From NCBI GenBank assembly GCA_964016885.1, contig OZ024742.1:46934001-46998000 (forward strand): a stretch of DNA of 64,000 nt, in the 5' to 3' direction. The stretch is from Eledone cirrhosa. Lineage: Eukaryota. The notes below the pieces were generated by a model. That model did not search any database. It saw nothing but the letters and a program-made list of their open reading frames with translations, and had not been told where the DNA came from. Made by a program: the position numbers and the translations under genes. This document shows positions 14,428-28,013 of this stretch, in pieces. Each line of letters begins with the position of its first letter. The first letter of the stretch is position 1.

Positions 14428-16400
14428 TTGTGTACACATTAGAAGAGCATTACCATTGCTAAAAGGTTGTTTTATAACTTTGTTCCTACGAACGTGAGAT
14501 CGACAGTGACGTTTGAAGCCGGTGAGATACTTACAGAATTTGCAGCAAAGACTGCAAACTAAATTCGTGTTTTCAGCCTGAGGATTAGATCTCTCGGATG
14601 GCGCATTATTATGGGCTTTCAAATATCTCATGAGACCGGAGAGACTCTTGCAGAATTTGTCGCATACATCACAGAGAAGCGCATCTGCATTAACGAAGTC
14701 AGCATAATCTGTTTGCAGGTTGCCCATGTGATTCTCGAGTTGGCTTTAGACTCCTGCATTTGATAAGCATATTAGGCCAGACTCATATCAAACAAATAGG
14801 GAAACAGCTGGGTTATTTCCTCTCTCTTCCGGGTAGCCCTTTTGGCCCTTTTCCTAGTTTATTCACTGCGCATGCAATGAGTGATATCCTCCGTATATTT
14901 GTTTTCTCTACCTTTTATCTGTCACCAGTCTTTACTTCCCAATCTCGATGGTCGAGATCGAATTGCGAGAGTGAATCTTCGACACATGACAAATTTTTAT
15001 CCAGACTGATTGTCCTACCAAAGGCTTTGCATGACTGGGACAGCGGCCATGCGCGAGACCAACTCGCAGCCAACGGCACAAAGATCGCGGACAAGAGTTA
15101 TAAGGACTTTCGATTTAGCAGCAAAGCGGCGTATGTTGAAAAGCTTGCTTGTACTGCCGCATCATACATACATACCTATGTATCTGAGTAGTGAAGTTAA
15201 TCAACATCAAGAGATTTTGGAAGCTTGATTGTCTCATATAACTGAGAAGGAGAGTTAATGGCCAAGCGCATCTTTGATCTAACCTGTGCGTGGTCCGTGT
15301 AACATTCTGAACCACTCAAAGAAAGGACAGTATAAACATCGTGCATCCGACAATCACGTTGTACACCAGGCGCCATTCCTTAGATCTTGGATGCATCCAT
15401 ATTCTTACACGGTTGCCTTCATGAAGTAATAGTGTGCTCGAAATAAACAGCTTAAACTCGGTGCACAGCTAGAGCAGGATTAAACCGTTGTCGTTTACAT
15501 TACCTACACCAAATTATTCAAGGCAGATCTATGTCCAACAATCCATGCTGATTCTGAAATTGAAATCACCAACAAGGATAATCTTGTCCGAATTAGGGAC
15601 AACGAACATTAGATTTCGGAGATTTTTGTAAAACAGGTTCTTGTCGTCCTCAATATTCACGAAGGCAGGTGGAATGAATGCTAATCAGGGTAGCATATCT
15701 ACCTTCATTTAGATGGAGACTGAATGTCACGTTTATGTCGCGAATACCGCAGGGCATCTCATACAGCTAAGATACTACGGTGTTACGGATTGTGAATCCA
15801 GCACCTACATCCCTATGATCCTTAAGCGTCCTACTTTCCCAGAGAAAGCTATAATCTCTAGCAGATTCTTATATTTGGCCATCGCCAGCATGTCTCTGAG
15901 CTGGCAGCTGTATCAGCAGAATATTGTTTGAGTTCTCTAGATATCAAGGTCTTTCTTCGTGCAGATGCGAATCCCCCAGAATTGTGAACGAGGGTCCTTA
16001 CCTTCAACAGTTTATGTTTAGCTTTACATTGAATCTTTTAGACATTTTGTCGTTTTGAACGCATAGTGGACATCCCCCAGCCGCACTAAACTGGACAGTT
16101 GGATTGAAGAGGCAGACGATATATAGGTTACCTTTTCTAGATATCTCCAGAATTACTAGTGAGCAGTGTTGTCCCTAAAAGGGCTGCTCAGTTAGCCTTC
16201 GAGCAACCGAAGGTCATTTTTGGCCCAGATCAATGCACTAAAGAATTTGTGTAGAGCAGCAGCGACATAACCCCAACTAGCACGTGCAGCCACTGGACTT
16301 CAAAACTTAAGAAGACAATATGTTAAGTGAAAGTGTGAGCAATGTCGGTGCAAGGGTTTAAAGTCGAATGTGGCTTACACAACACTACAACGACTGTCAC
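14422..16400 (-). mobile_element. Decayed RTE-clade LINE with C-terminal C2H2-type fingers
   Basis: ORF 14356-14727 has CDVCDKFCKSLSGLMRYLKAH and CSLCCKFCKYLTGFKRHCRSH. Upstream is a degenerate QG-like RT motif (DQRCAWPLTLL), and the 3' end is at (TA)n. The 5' limit is uncertain. Confidence 0.6.
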
Positions 16401-16928
16401 TAGCAATATCAAGAATTCTATCACTGAGTGTTAAAAGAATCGTGTTTTGAACAGTTCACCACGCTTATATATATATTTAGGCAGATCTTACGTCAGAGCT
16501 GAATCAATACAGCAATATGCAAAAACATATCCCAAAGAAGAGGACGGTGCTCGTTTAATCATGCAATGGAATTGAAAATGAACTCCATGTTACACGATCT
16601 GTTGCAAAATTATTGTAGTTAGGAGTTTCTCAAGCCATGTACATTTATTCGGTAGGAATTAGTAACGTGAAGAGTATATACGCCCAGAAATACCCTAGAG
16701 CAGTATAGGCTCACGATACACCATATGCATCAAGATCCTCTGATCATTCACTCTACCAAATCTCCCAATCCGCCCGCCACCCATTCTTTGATGAAACATT
16801 TATTAGACAAGTGTTTGTGTTTCACTTAGTAGGTGGTAAATAAGTTTTTAAAGAACAGCTTTAGTTGTGAAAATATAATATTGAGTATGACTCGAAGTTT
16901 CAGCCACCATATAGCAGTTACTAATGGA

Positions 16929-17010
<82 letters not shown>

Positions 17011-17433
17011 TATGCTTTCATAGGGTGTTTGCTAATTTTTAAAGATCAAATTATGATCATTCCCCAGATTGTATACGTTGTTGCACTGTTGAAGAGCGTA
17101 AAAACCAAGCATCAAGTGTCTAGGAAGCTAATTTGATCGCTTTTACACTCTGCACTCCCGTGTTCATAATTGGACCTTGAAACCTAAGGTAGGGATTTTT
17201 GTTCCGTGTATGAACATGGACAAATAATATAATATATCAGCTCTCATACCAGCTTGAGCACTGTTTTCTTTTTTCTTTTTTCACAGCCACCGAGAAACAC
17301 ACACAGACACAGACAGAAACACACACAGACACACAGACACACACAGTCAGACACAGACACAGAAACACACACAGTCAGACACAGACACAGAAACACACAC
17401 ACATACACATGTACACATGTATATGTATACACA

Positions 17434-17494
<61 letters not shown>

Positions 17495-17502
<8 letters not shown>

Positions 17503-18490
17503 TAGGTTTACATATACATAAACTAGACATATATCTGTGTTTTTGTTAACCCTTCACGGTGTGGCTCAATGACGAATAAATTAATTAAATAATCAACAAT
17601 CAGAGCAATATATAAGAAAGTAAGTCCATAGAATCATTTGATGAAATATATACAGTATTTCTCCTCCCAATAAGCATAATTAACCACACAAAAAATCAAT
17701 TAAACGAGGCTATAAGTTTAAAATGTACCTATGAAGAAACAGTAAATAAATAAATATCTATTTTATCCGCAATCACCAGCCACAGAAGATTTACCTACTA
17801 TTTCTAATAGCCTGTAGAAATTGACTAGACACATAGCCAACCATACACAATAGGTAAAAAATCAAGAAATTAGAAAAAAAATTTACATAAACATACCAAA
17901 ATTATGTTTCTATCCCATGAGGTTCCATTCGCTTTTTGGAAATATCCGATCATGGATAAATTCACGAGTTTCGAAATCATCAGGAAACAAACTCAATTGG
18001 ACAAAGATTTTTCTTAAATGATCTCCCGCCAGAAACGAATTCAAAATGGCTAAGAATTGTCACATGGCCAGTGGTCAAGTCAGGAAGTTTGTGATTGGTG
18101 CCTGACGGCGAGTAGGCTGGTTGCTAGAAAGCGCAGCCGAATACTGCCTAAATTGTTACTCAACCATATGGGAGTGTATAAAATATATAGGTTTACATAT
18201 ACATAAACTAGACAGAGCCATATATATATATATTTTTGTTTTTGGCAACCATTCACGGTGTGGCTCAATGACAAATTAATTTATTAAATAACCAATAATC
18301 AGAACAATATATAAGAAAGTAAGTCCATAGAATCATTTGATATATAGATACAGTATTTCTCCTCTCAAGTTTGTTTCCTGATGATTTCGAAACTCGTGAA
18401 TTTATCCATGATCGGATATTTCCAAAAAGCGAATGAAACCTGGTGGGGTAGAAACATAATTTTGTTATGTTTATGCATAATTTTGGTATG
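17495..18490. mobile_element. Non-coding hammerhead element: ~683-bp period direct repeat plus inverted segment
   Basis: 17495-17665 is repeated at 18178-18365, and 17885-17995 is inverted at 18366-18490. The element starts at (TA)n. Confidence 0.8.
18372..18456 (+). ncRNA. Type I hammerhead ribozyme with long stem II region
   Basis: UGUUUC-CUGAUGA-UUUCG...CGAAU-GAAA-CCU ggug GGG-UA-GAAACA. A second copy at 17905-17989 (minus) has GGAA instead of GAAA. Confidence 0.75.
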
Positions 18491-18704
18491 GATATGACCA
18501 TATACTGAATACCAACATAGTTTTTACACATTATAATTGACATTGAAAGCTAAGTAATCATTGATCATTTATTAGGGTGGGTGGGTGGGGGTGGGGGTGA
18601 ATAAATAAAATATTTTCTTAATTATATTTCCTGTAATTTTTTTCGCGATATGTACGATGTTCATATGACATTTTTTAAAAGTAATTACTCGTTGTCTTGT
18701 GTAT

Positions 18705-18705
<1 letters not shown>
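18489..18705. repeat. Dispersed repeat with an inverted copy at ~26130-26326
   Basis: ggatatgaccatatactgaataccaacatag...cgcgatatgtacgatgttcatatgaca matches the reverse complement of 26130-26326. Both copies end at (TA)n. Confidence 0.85.
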
Positions 18706-18787
<82 letters not shown>

Positions 18788-18900
18788 GCCTGCCTGCCCA
18801 GCCAGTGGGATGTCGTTATCTTATGGCTAAAACAGCACGAAGTGCTGTGACCAGTGGCACCGATTGGCGCCCGACAGACTGGTCGGTGAAGGTAATCAAG

Positions 18901-18997
<97 letters not shown>

Positions 18998-21900
18998 TTC
19001 GTTTCTGAATTTGTTTACCAAGATTCATTATCTGAAAACGTGTGTTGAAACGGATATTGTTATACTTTGGGAGGGTCATGTTGCCAATAAGAAACACACG
19101 CACCAGGTTCTTTCACTCCGATTTATTATAAATTAAATTATAAATGAAAAAATTTATAAATTTCCGGTTGGTTGGTTGGTTCCACAACCGGACGGTTGTT
19201 CATATATTGTCAAAGTTCTTTCGTCACACATTCTGTGACCTCTTCAGTGACTGGGGTTTCTTTTCTTTGTTTTGTGCCTCTCCTTTGTTCTATCCTACGC
19301 CATCTTGTTTTTGTGTGTGTTGTGTGCTTAGATTGCGCATGTGTTACATCCGGGTGTCTGTGTGTGTTTTTATTTGTTTATTTATTTGTTTCTTTACATG
19401 TTACTAGGGCCCTTCTAAATTTGTAAGCTAATTCACCTCTAGGGGTTGTATTAATGAACATTACACTCTGGTATTTATTGCTATCATACCATGAGTTTCT
19501 TCTATTAACCTTATTCCTACTTCTTTCTATTCTATTCCAAAATCTGCTCCTATACTAAGGGCAGGTCCCATTTGTATCATTATTTACCATTTTTTCCCAT
19601 TTGGTTCTGGCTCCTCTATATACTCTGATTTTATCTCTCTGATTGTAACCAGAGAACTGCATTCGGTGAATCAAATGTTGTATGTGTCTCTATAGTTCTT
19701 TGGGGTTGCACATGCGGGACACGTTGTTTCTTATCACCCGTACTAAATCCGCAATCCATATGTTGATTTTGGTGTGATCCGAAACAGCTGAGTTTCGGTG
19801 GATCAGATATTTGGAAGTCATAGGTTTGGCATAATGGGAATGGAGGATTGTTTTTTTTGTTATTAATAGTTTCTAACCAGAGAACTGTGTCTAGTACAGG
19901 TAATCGATGGTTGGGGTGTTTGCTTGGGTAATCTATAGTAACTCTAATACTCTGGTGGATGGAGTTAGCTATTTGCTGGATGCTTTCCGTGGTGTTTTTC
20001 TCTAATTGCTGACTGTTTTCTAGTGGGGGTGTTTTTACTACGATGTTTATATCATCAACGTAGCGAGAGTACATTATCAGGGTTAAGAGGTTGTTCTCTT
20101 CTAATTGTTCTTTAAGTGTATTGTCCCAGCATACCATGAATAGATTAGCTATGTCACCTGCAATGCTAACACCAATGGCTGCTCCTTACTCTTGGGCATA
20201 TGTTTTTCCATTAAATTTGAACATACGTTCCTTAATGGTTAGTTTTATAGTGGCTCCCACCGCATGTGCAATCATTTTCTTTAGTTCATCATGGTTTTCG
20301 GGGGTCTGTATGGCTCTGGTCCACCCGTTCTATCTTTCTGTGTGGGTTCTCTTGGTCATTAAGTTAATGGTCGGTGGTCTGCCTCTTGCTGGCCTTGTGG
20401 GAAAGAGGTTGCTAAGGTCATACGCATCTAGATAATTATTACTATAAGTAAGTTTAAGTAGGGGTCCCAGCTCACTGGTATCAATCCTTACGATCAGGGA
20501 GAGGAAGTAGGAAAGTCTGTAGCTACTAGCAATGTTAGCTCCACAGACTGGCCGTGTTGCTGGTCATGTGACTGGATCACTGTTCGTCTTATAGTCTTTT
20601 CGAAGCCCATACAACGCTGGCATTGTTCCAGGCCTGGAACTTGTTGGCAGTCCGTTTATTGGGCTGCATTATGTTTGTCCACATCATCATATGAGCGTTG
20701 AGGGTTTTCTCCCTCTCCTCATGCTTTTGTGGTGTTACTTCTCTTGTGTTAGTGATGTGAGGTTGCATTGCCTGGATGTAGTTTGACAGACTGTCAACCG
20801 ACATTCTGCCAGACTTGTCTGTTGGAAAGCATGCAATCTCTCCATCACGTGAGCGCTGCATGAGCTTACGCAAGCCATTTGCAGAATTTTCTCCCAGTTG
20901 CTGGGCTTACATTCTATTTTTCTTCTGTTCTGTAATATTTCTAAGTTTAGATCTAGCTATATTAAATTGTGATTATGTTTGTTCATCGACCTGCGACGGC
21001 AATTGCGTGCGCTTGTTAAAAGCTAAAGTCGTGGCGAGGACTCGTCGTAGGTCGAAGGACTTATCGGAAGGGTTATAAAAAGTAAAATTCCAGACTGCTG
21101 CGTTATGTGTTCTATTGCTATTGTTATTGTTAGTTGTGTTGTTTCTATTTCTATTTCCACCAACAGCCTCATGGTTGTTTCTATGTCTCTCATTATTACT
21201 CCTGTATCTTTCCTCTGGCTCATTGTTATTATCTACTCTATTTTGTGTGTCTGTATGTTCGTCCTGGTTATTTTGTCTGTCAGTATCGATAGTCTCCCTT
21301 CATCTTTCAATCCCATTACTTTCCCTTACATCTGTGTTACTGTCATTATCTGTTTTCTCTTGTCTGTGTGTCTGTTAAGATTGTGGTGGTGAGAGGCATA
21401 GGATGTGTGTGTGTTCTTGTTGATGTGTGTTGTTGTTGATGTGTGTTGTTTTTATTGTTGTTGTCTCTGTGTATGTTGTTATTATTGTTGTGTGTGTTGT
21501 TGTTGTTGTTGTTGTTTGTGTCTGTGTGTCTGTTGTTGTCTCTGTGTATGTTATTATTGTTGTTGTGTGTGTTGTTGTTGTTATCATTGTTTGTGTCTGT
21601 GTGTCTGTTGTTGTTGGGATGTGTGTTGTGTGTTGTGTGTGCGTATGTTTTTACTTTTGTTTTTGTTATTGTTTTTGAGGCTCGAACGTAATTTTGTAAA
21701 TTATTTTTCTATTTCTGACAAGCATCTTATTATGTGTTGCATATTTAGGTGGTAGCTGTAATATGGATAATTCATCAGGGTCTACTGTAGTGTTGCCGTA
21801 TATATTTGTGTTGTTGAATTCGTCCGTTAATGGTATGTCGGCCATGGTTATACCATCAATCCTATCTGGATATTTATGTCTATTCTCTGAAGTTTCTTGG

Positions 21901-22140
21901 TTTAGTTTCATCTGTTTGAGCCACGTTAATTTCTTGTTAAAGTGTTTGTTGCATTCTTGGATGATGTACTTTTATTTTTCGTGTATAATGTTTATGTATT
22001 CTAATTCTTCTTTTTGTGTGGTGATCTTAGTTATTTCCTATATTAGGTTACGCTTATGTTTTTCTTGATGACTTAATTCTCTGTAAATCTTTTTATGTTT
22101 AGAATTAGTATTCGTTTCAGCCTATCTGCTTGTTTTTCAT
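18998..22140 (-). mobile_element. Penelope-like element, inverted internally deleted copy (family A)
   Basis: LPPKYA, CFPTDKSGR and YSRYVDDI motifs, with a pLTR at 18998-19405 containing an HHR. The GIY-YIG region is missing at the ~19405 junction and there is a second deletion at ~20487. Confidence 0.9.
19209..19251 (-). ncRNA. Minimal type I hammerhead in family A pLTR
   Basis: GUCA-CUGAAGA-G-GUCACA gaaug UGUGAC-GAAA-GAAC-UU-UGAC. Homologues lie at 61011-61053 (+) and, with the core deleted, at ~24372-24403 (+). Confidence 0.8.
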
Positions 22141-24557
22141 GTCACACTACATCCAGGCAATGCAACCCCACATCACTAACACAAGAGAAGTATGAACACA
22201 AGAGCATGAGGATAGGGAGAAAACCCTCAACGCTCATATGATGATGTAGACACACATAATTCAGCCCAATAAACGGACTGCCAACAAATTCCAGGCCTGG
22301 AACAATGACGTGCCAGCGTTGTATGGGCTTCGAAAGCACCATAAGACAAACAGTGACTCAGTCACAAGACCACCAACACGGCCAGTCTGTGGAGCTAACA
22401 TTGCTAGTAACTACAGACTTTCCTACTTCCTCTCCCTGACCGTACGTCCCATCATTGATATGTCCCCGGATATATGTGACAGCGCGGAAGACCTCAGCAG
22501 AATCAGAGAAAATAACCGATCTAGGGACCTAACATACTGTATAATAGGTAGTATGGATGTTGTGTCCCTATACCCATCCATTGACGTGGAATTTGCTGTG
22601 GAGAAATGCGTAGAAATGATCAGTGAGAGAAATGTTGAATTCCCTGGGATTGATACCGGTGTGCTGGGTCTCCTACTTAAACTTACTTATAGTAATGATT
22701 ATCTAGATACGTATGACCTTACCAACCTCTGCCCCACAAGGCCAGCAGGAGGGAGACCACCTACCATTACCTCAATGGCCACGAAAACACACACAAAAAG
22801 ATAGAACTGGTGGACCAGAGCCATACGGACCCCCCAAAACCATGATGAACTAAAAAAAATGATTGCACATGCGGTGGGGGCCAGTATAAAACTAACCCTT
22901 AAGGAATATATGTTGAAATTTTATGGAGAAATATATGCCCAAGAGTAAGGAGCAGCCATTGGTGTTAGCATTGCAGGTGACATAGATAACCTATTCATGG
23001 TATGGTGGGACTTAAAGAACAATTAGAAGACAGCAACCTCTTAACCCTGATAATGTACTCTCGCTACGTTGATGATATAAACATCGTAGTAAAAACACCC
23101 CCACTAGTGAACAGTCAGGAATTAGAGAAAAACACCACGGAAAGCATCCAGCAAATAGCTAACTCCATCCTCCAGAGCATTAGAGTTATTATAGACTACC
23201 CAAGCAAAAACCCCAACCATCGATTACCTGTACTAGACACAGAGCTCTGGTTAGAAACTATTAATAACAAAAAACCAATCCTCCATTCCCATTATGCCAA
23301 ACCCATGACTTCCAAACATCTGATCCACCGAAACTCAGCTGTTTCGGATCACACCAAAATCAACATACTGATTGCGGATTTAGTACGGGTGATAAGAAAC
23401 GTGTCCCGCATGTGCAACCCCGAATAACTAGAGAGACACATACAACACTTCATCCACCGTATGCAGTTCTCTGGTTAAAATCAGAAAGATAAAATCAGAG
23501 TGTATAGAGGAGCCAGAACCAAATGGGAAAAAATGGTAAATAATGATACAAATGGGACCTGCCCTTAGTATAGGAGCAAATTTTGGAATAGAATAGAAAG
23601 AAGTAGGAATAAGGTTAATAGAATAAACTCATGGTATGATAGCAATAAATACCAGAGTGTAATGTTCATTAATACAACCCCTAGAGGTGAATTAGCTTAC
23701 AAATTTAGAAGGGCCCTAGATAAACTTAAACTAAATATTAATACAGTAGAAAGACCAGGTACCTTCATAAAAACACTTATTAGTAATACATACCCTTCTC
23801 AAAGACCTCCCTGTATAGATAAGAAATGCATAACCTGTAAACTAAGCCCCCATATTAACTGTAAAACTAGAAACATAGTATATAGCATAAGATGTACTGA
23901 AGGACACGGTAAAGATAAGAATATAGTGTACATAGGTGAGACAGTATAGTCGAACCATTAGATGAACACTGGCGAGACCTTCAAGATAGTAAAGAATCAT
24001 CTGTACTACACCAACATGCTAAAATAGAACATATGGGCAAATTAGAGAACATAGAAATAAAAATAAAATCTACACACAGAAAAGACGCAATGTTTAGACA
24101 AATCACAGAGGCAATAAACATAAATGAACTCCAACCAAATTAAATAGAAAACATGAATGGAATAGCAACATCACAACTTACAATTAAGGACAAAATGAAA
24201 ACCCACAGACATAAAACAAACAACCAACCAGTAACATGTAAATAAACAAATAAAACACACACACAGACACCCGGATGTAACACATGCGCAAACTAAGCAC
24301 ACAACACACACAAAAACAAGATGGCGTAGGACAGAACAAAGGAGAGGCACCAAACAAAGAAAAGAAACCCCAGTCACAGAATGTGTGACGAAAGAACTTT
24401 GACAATATATGAACAACCGTACGGTTGTGGAACCAACAAGCCAACCGGAAATTTATAAATTTTTAAATTTATAATTTAATTTATAATAAATTGGAGTGAA
24501 ACAACTGGTGCGTGTGTTTCTTATTGGGAACATGACCCTCCCAAAGTATAACAATAT
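22141..24557 (+). mobile_element. Penelope-like element (family A): RT and GIY-YIG fragments plus pLTR
   Basis: PALYGLRKHHK, PPTRPVCGA, SMDVVSLYPSI, YSRYVDDI, CxxxxCxxC and NIVYSIRC...YIGET, with multiple stops. The pLTR at ~24230-24557 ends in (TA)n. Confidence 0.92.
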
Positions 24558-24582
24558 GTATATATATATATATATATATGTG

Positions 24583-24945
24583 TTAGAAAGTGAGCTTTAT
24601 TTTACAAAATGAAAAATAACCGAAGTGTCCTACACGAGTGAAAGTATAAAGAAAAAATATGAAATCTAAAATGCAACGGGAGTCTTATTTAAAAATATAT
24701 ATATATATATATTTTATATATATATATTTTATATATATATATTTTATATATATATATTTTATATATATATATTTTATATATATATATATTTTATATGAGA
24801 TGGAGGGTCTGTTACCACAGACCCTCCATCTCAACTCTACTTTTGAAAACCAGAAGAACTGCAAAACCGGTAAAGGAACAAAATAAATATATATATTTAA
24901 ACAAAAATAAGACTCCAGTTGCATTTTCGATTCCATCTTTTTTTC
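24583..24945. mobile_element. Foldback of the U3-A8 pLTR-like family
   Basis: gagatggagggtctg ttacca cagaccctccatctc forms the centre. There is an internal (ATATATATATATTTT)-type repeat expansion and a decayed HHR at 24840-24876. Confidence 0.8.
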
Positions 24946-25006
24946 TATATATATATGTATATATATATATATAAAAGAAAATTTCGCTCTACATGGCTGA
25001 ATACAA

Positions 25007-25447
<441 letters not shown>

Positions 25448-25530
25448 AAGTTTTATTTAAATTGTTGGGTTACAACGAGTAAATATTTATAACTGATATA
25501 AAAGCACTCAACAAGTATTTGGAGTATATT

Positions 25531-25926
25531 TACGATATTAAATAAATGGAAACTATATTTATAAAACCATATTTATTTCATTATATATATTTCAGGGATA
25601 TCATATTTCATATCATAATTCTTCTTTCTATCTATCTCTCTATATCTATCTCTCTCTATTTAGTTGCATGCATTTCTTCTTTTTCTTCGTTTTTCTTTCT
25701 TTTTTCTTTCTTTTTATAACTGTCCCTAACATTTTTCACTACCAAATCAACTTTTTAAATGGAAGATGAAGTTGAAAGGTATGTCAAATCTATCTATTTA
25801 TAAGACTGTTTATATTGTATTTTGTCTGAAGAAGGCATAACATATTTTTAATATGATATCCCTGAAATATATATAATGAAATAAATATGGTTTTATAAAT
25901 ATAGTTTCCATTTATTTAATATCGTA
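25531..25926. mobile_element. Foldback element with ~77-bp inverted arms and a hammerhead
   Basis: 25531-25607 is inverted at 25850-25926, which ends at (TA)n. Confidence 0.8.
25818..25883 (+). ncRNA. Type I hammerhead ribozyme
   Basis: UAUUUUGU-CUGAAGA-AGGCAUAACAUAUU uuu AAUAUGAUAUCCCU-GAAA-UAUAUA-UA-AUGAAAUA, with palindromic stem III. Confidence 0.78.
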
Positions 25927-25980
25927 TATATATATATATGTGAGATGTGAGAAACACCACAGACCCTCCATCTCAACTCA

Positions 25981-26018
25981 CCTTTTGAAAAGCAGAAGAA
26001 CTGCGAAACCGGTAAAGG
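25981..26018 (+). ncRNA. Minimal type I hammerhead with U3-A8 core (UUGAAAA)
   Basis: CCUU-UUGAAAA-GCAG aagaa CUGC-GAAA-CCGG-UA-AAGG. There are five copies in the window. Confidence 0.8.
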
Positions 26019-26087
26019 AACCAAATAAATATATATATTTTTAAAAAAAATAAGACTTCAGTTGCATTTTCGATTTCATCCCTTTTT

Positions 26088-26130
<43 letters not shown>

Positions 26131-26914
26131 ATACATAAGACAAACAGTAATTATTTTAAAATAATGTCATATGAACATCGTACATATCGCGAAAACAATT
26201 ACTGGAAATATAATTAAGAAAATGTTTTATTTACCCCCCCCCCCCCCATGATTAATGATTACTTAGCTTTCAATGTCCATTATAATGTGTAAAAACTATG
26301 TTGGTATTCAGTATATGGTCATATCCGCTTTGGGAACGTGCTAAACAAAATGTTAAATTTATCGTACGGGCATGGCAGAATTACTGACATTTTCAAATTT
26401 TACGTGCCTTTTACACTTATTACGATTAGCCGGCGTTATATTTATGAATATCATTGTATCTCAAAATGTTATATTGCTAATACTTTCACTGTTTCACGCA
26501 TCTCTTTTGGTATATATCATATGAAATATTCGTTAACCTTTTCTGCAAATGGAAATTATATTGTAATGGTTGAGCACATCATAACAATAATATAATGGCA
26601 AAACCGCTTAAATTGTTTAGTTCATCCTATTTGAAGCCGTTTGACGTATTGTGATGTATTCTATCTATAATATTACAGTTGGTGTTCCTGCAGGTTTCTG
26701 TAGTTGGCCACATTTTAAGGAAAACATTGCAATTGATTTTGTACATAGTTTCCTGTCTGAAGCCCTTTTTGTTTACTCTGTTCTCATTCATTAAATTGCT
26801 ATCTCTGGTAATTACAATAAATATATATCATTTAATTATGTCATACTATATTAAACATTTACCTGATAATTCACAGTTTTTGACCACGTACAGAGAGAGA
26901 GAGAGAGGGAGAAT

Positions 26915-26949
<35 letters not shown>

Positions 26950-27029
26950 AGGGAGAGGGAGAGGGAGAGAGAAGAGAGAGAGAGAGAATTCCACGTATAT
27001 ATGTATATATATATATATATATATATTAT

Positions 27030-28013
27030 ATAGGGTCGGAACCCGACGGCTGAACTCTTGGAACTAACTGATTAAACGACAAGAACTCAGCCGTCGTGTA
27101 CCCATTTTTTACAATATAACCAAAGGATTTCCCGGTGAAACAAACCACCGCTGAAAATGTTTTCCCTTCGATTTATATGAAATTTAAACCATAGGTAAAT
27201 GACAAGATATGATGCCTATTCACAAAATTTCACAAAATTTCAATAATATTAAGACACCCTAATAAGGGTTAAACCCCCAATAGTCAACATTTTGGCCAAT
27301 AAATGGGACAATATGTGTTGTAACAAGATTGCATGAGAACTTGATTGAAGCAACCATTATATTCGGGGCTTACAAAGGTCAAGCTTTTCTCATTCCGAGG
27401 ATTCCACTTATACCAAGTGATAGCGAGCTGCCTTTTACATTTAAGAGGCAGCAGATCCCAGCGAGGCCATGCTTTGCCATAAGCATCAATAAGAGTCAAG
27501 ATCAAACTTTCAAAACTATTGGTATAGATCTGACGAACCCATGTTTCAGTCATGGCATGTTTTATGTGTCTGTTTCAAGGACTGGAACTTCAAAAAATCT
27601 CTACCTTTTAGCCAATCAAAGAAAGACAAGATTTGTTGATTACGCTGAAGTATGGGACAAAGTATGAAATATATTTACATGTATTTATGATATTAAAAAA
27701 TAAATAATTAAACTTTGAATTTCTAATTTGAAAATAATGCTTTACACAAAAATGAAATGATCAAGTTTTGAATTGATATTTTGAAAAAAAATATTTACAA
27801 GAAGGAAAATAAGAATAAGATTTGATAATGTAATTTTGATTTGATATATTACAAAAAAAAAGGTTTTCCAATTGTTGATGCATAACAACTTACATTGAGT
27901 CATATTGAAATGCAGAGTTTTTCTCCATAAATTATATCACTAATTTAAAATCAATCATCATTTTCTTACAAAAAATATGTGTGAAACACAGCAAGGCGCC
28001 GGTGATTCGGCTA
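27030..28013 (+). mobile_element. Internally deleted Helitron
   Basis: It contains the RepHel helicase C-terminus, followed by an AT-rich tract and a GC-rich end (gcaaggcgccggtgattcggcta). The termini are approximate. Confidence 0.75.
27329..27667 (+). pseudogene. Helitron RepHel Pif1-family helicase C-terminal fragment
   Basis: LIPRIPLIPSDSELPFTFKRQQIP..CFAISINKSQDQT...CFSHGMFYVSVSR (SF1B helicase motifs V and VI). Confidence 0.93.

Noticed and set aside
14356-14727. Possible host C2H2 zinc-finger gene
   Set aside because: It lies at the 3' end of a decayed RTE-like LINE on the same strand; the ORF runs into (TA)n and no exon structure is evident.
16789-16830. TTGATGA followed by a 7-bp hairpin, hammerhead-like
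   Set aside because: No GAAA or UH follows stem II, so it cannot be told from chance.
27329-27667. Possible host PIF1 helicase exon
   Set aside because: The motifs (PRIPLIP, FSHG..YV..SR followed shortly by a stop) and the GC-rich 3' end fit Helitron RepHel.
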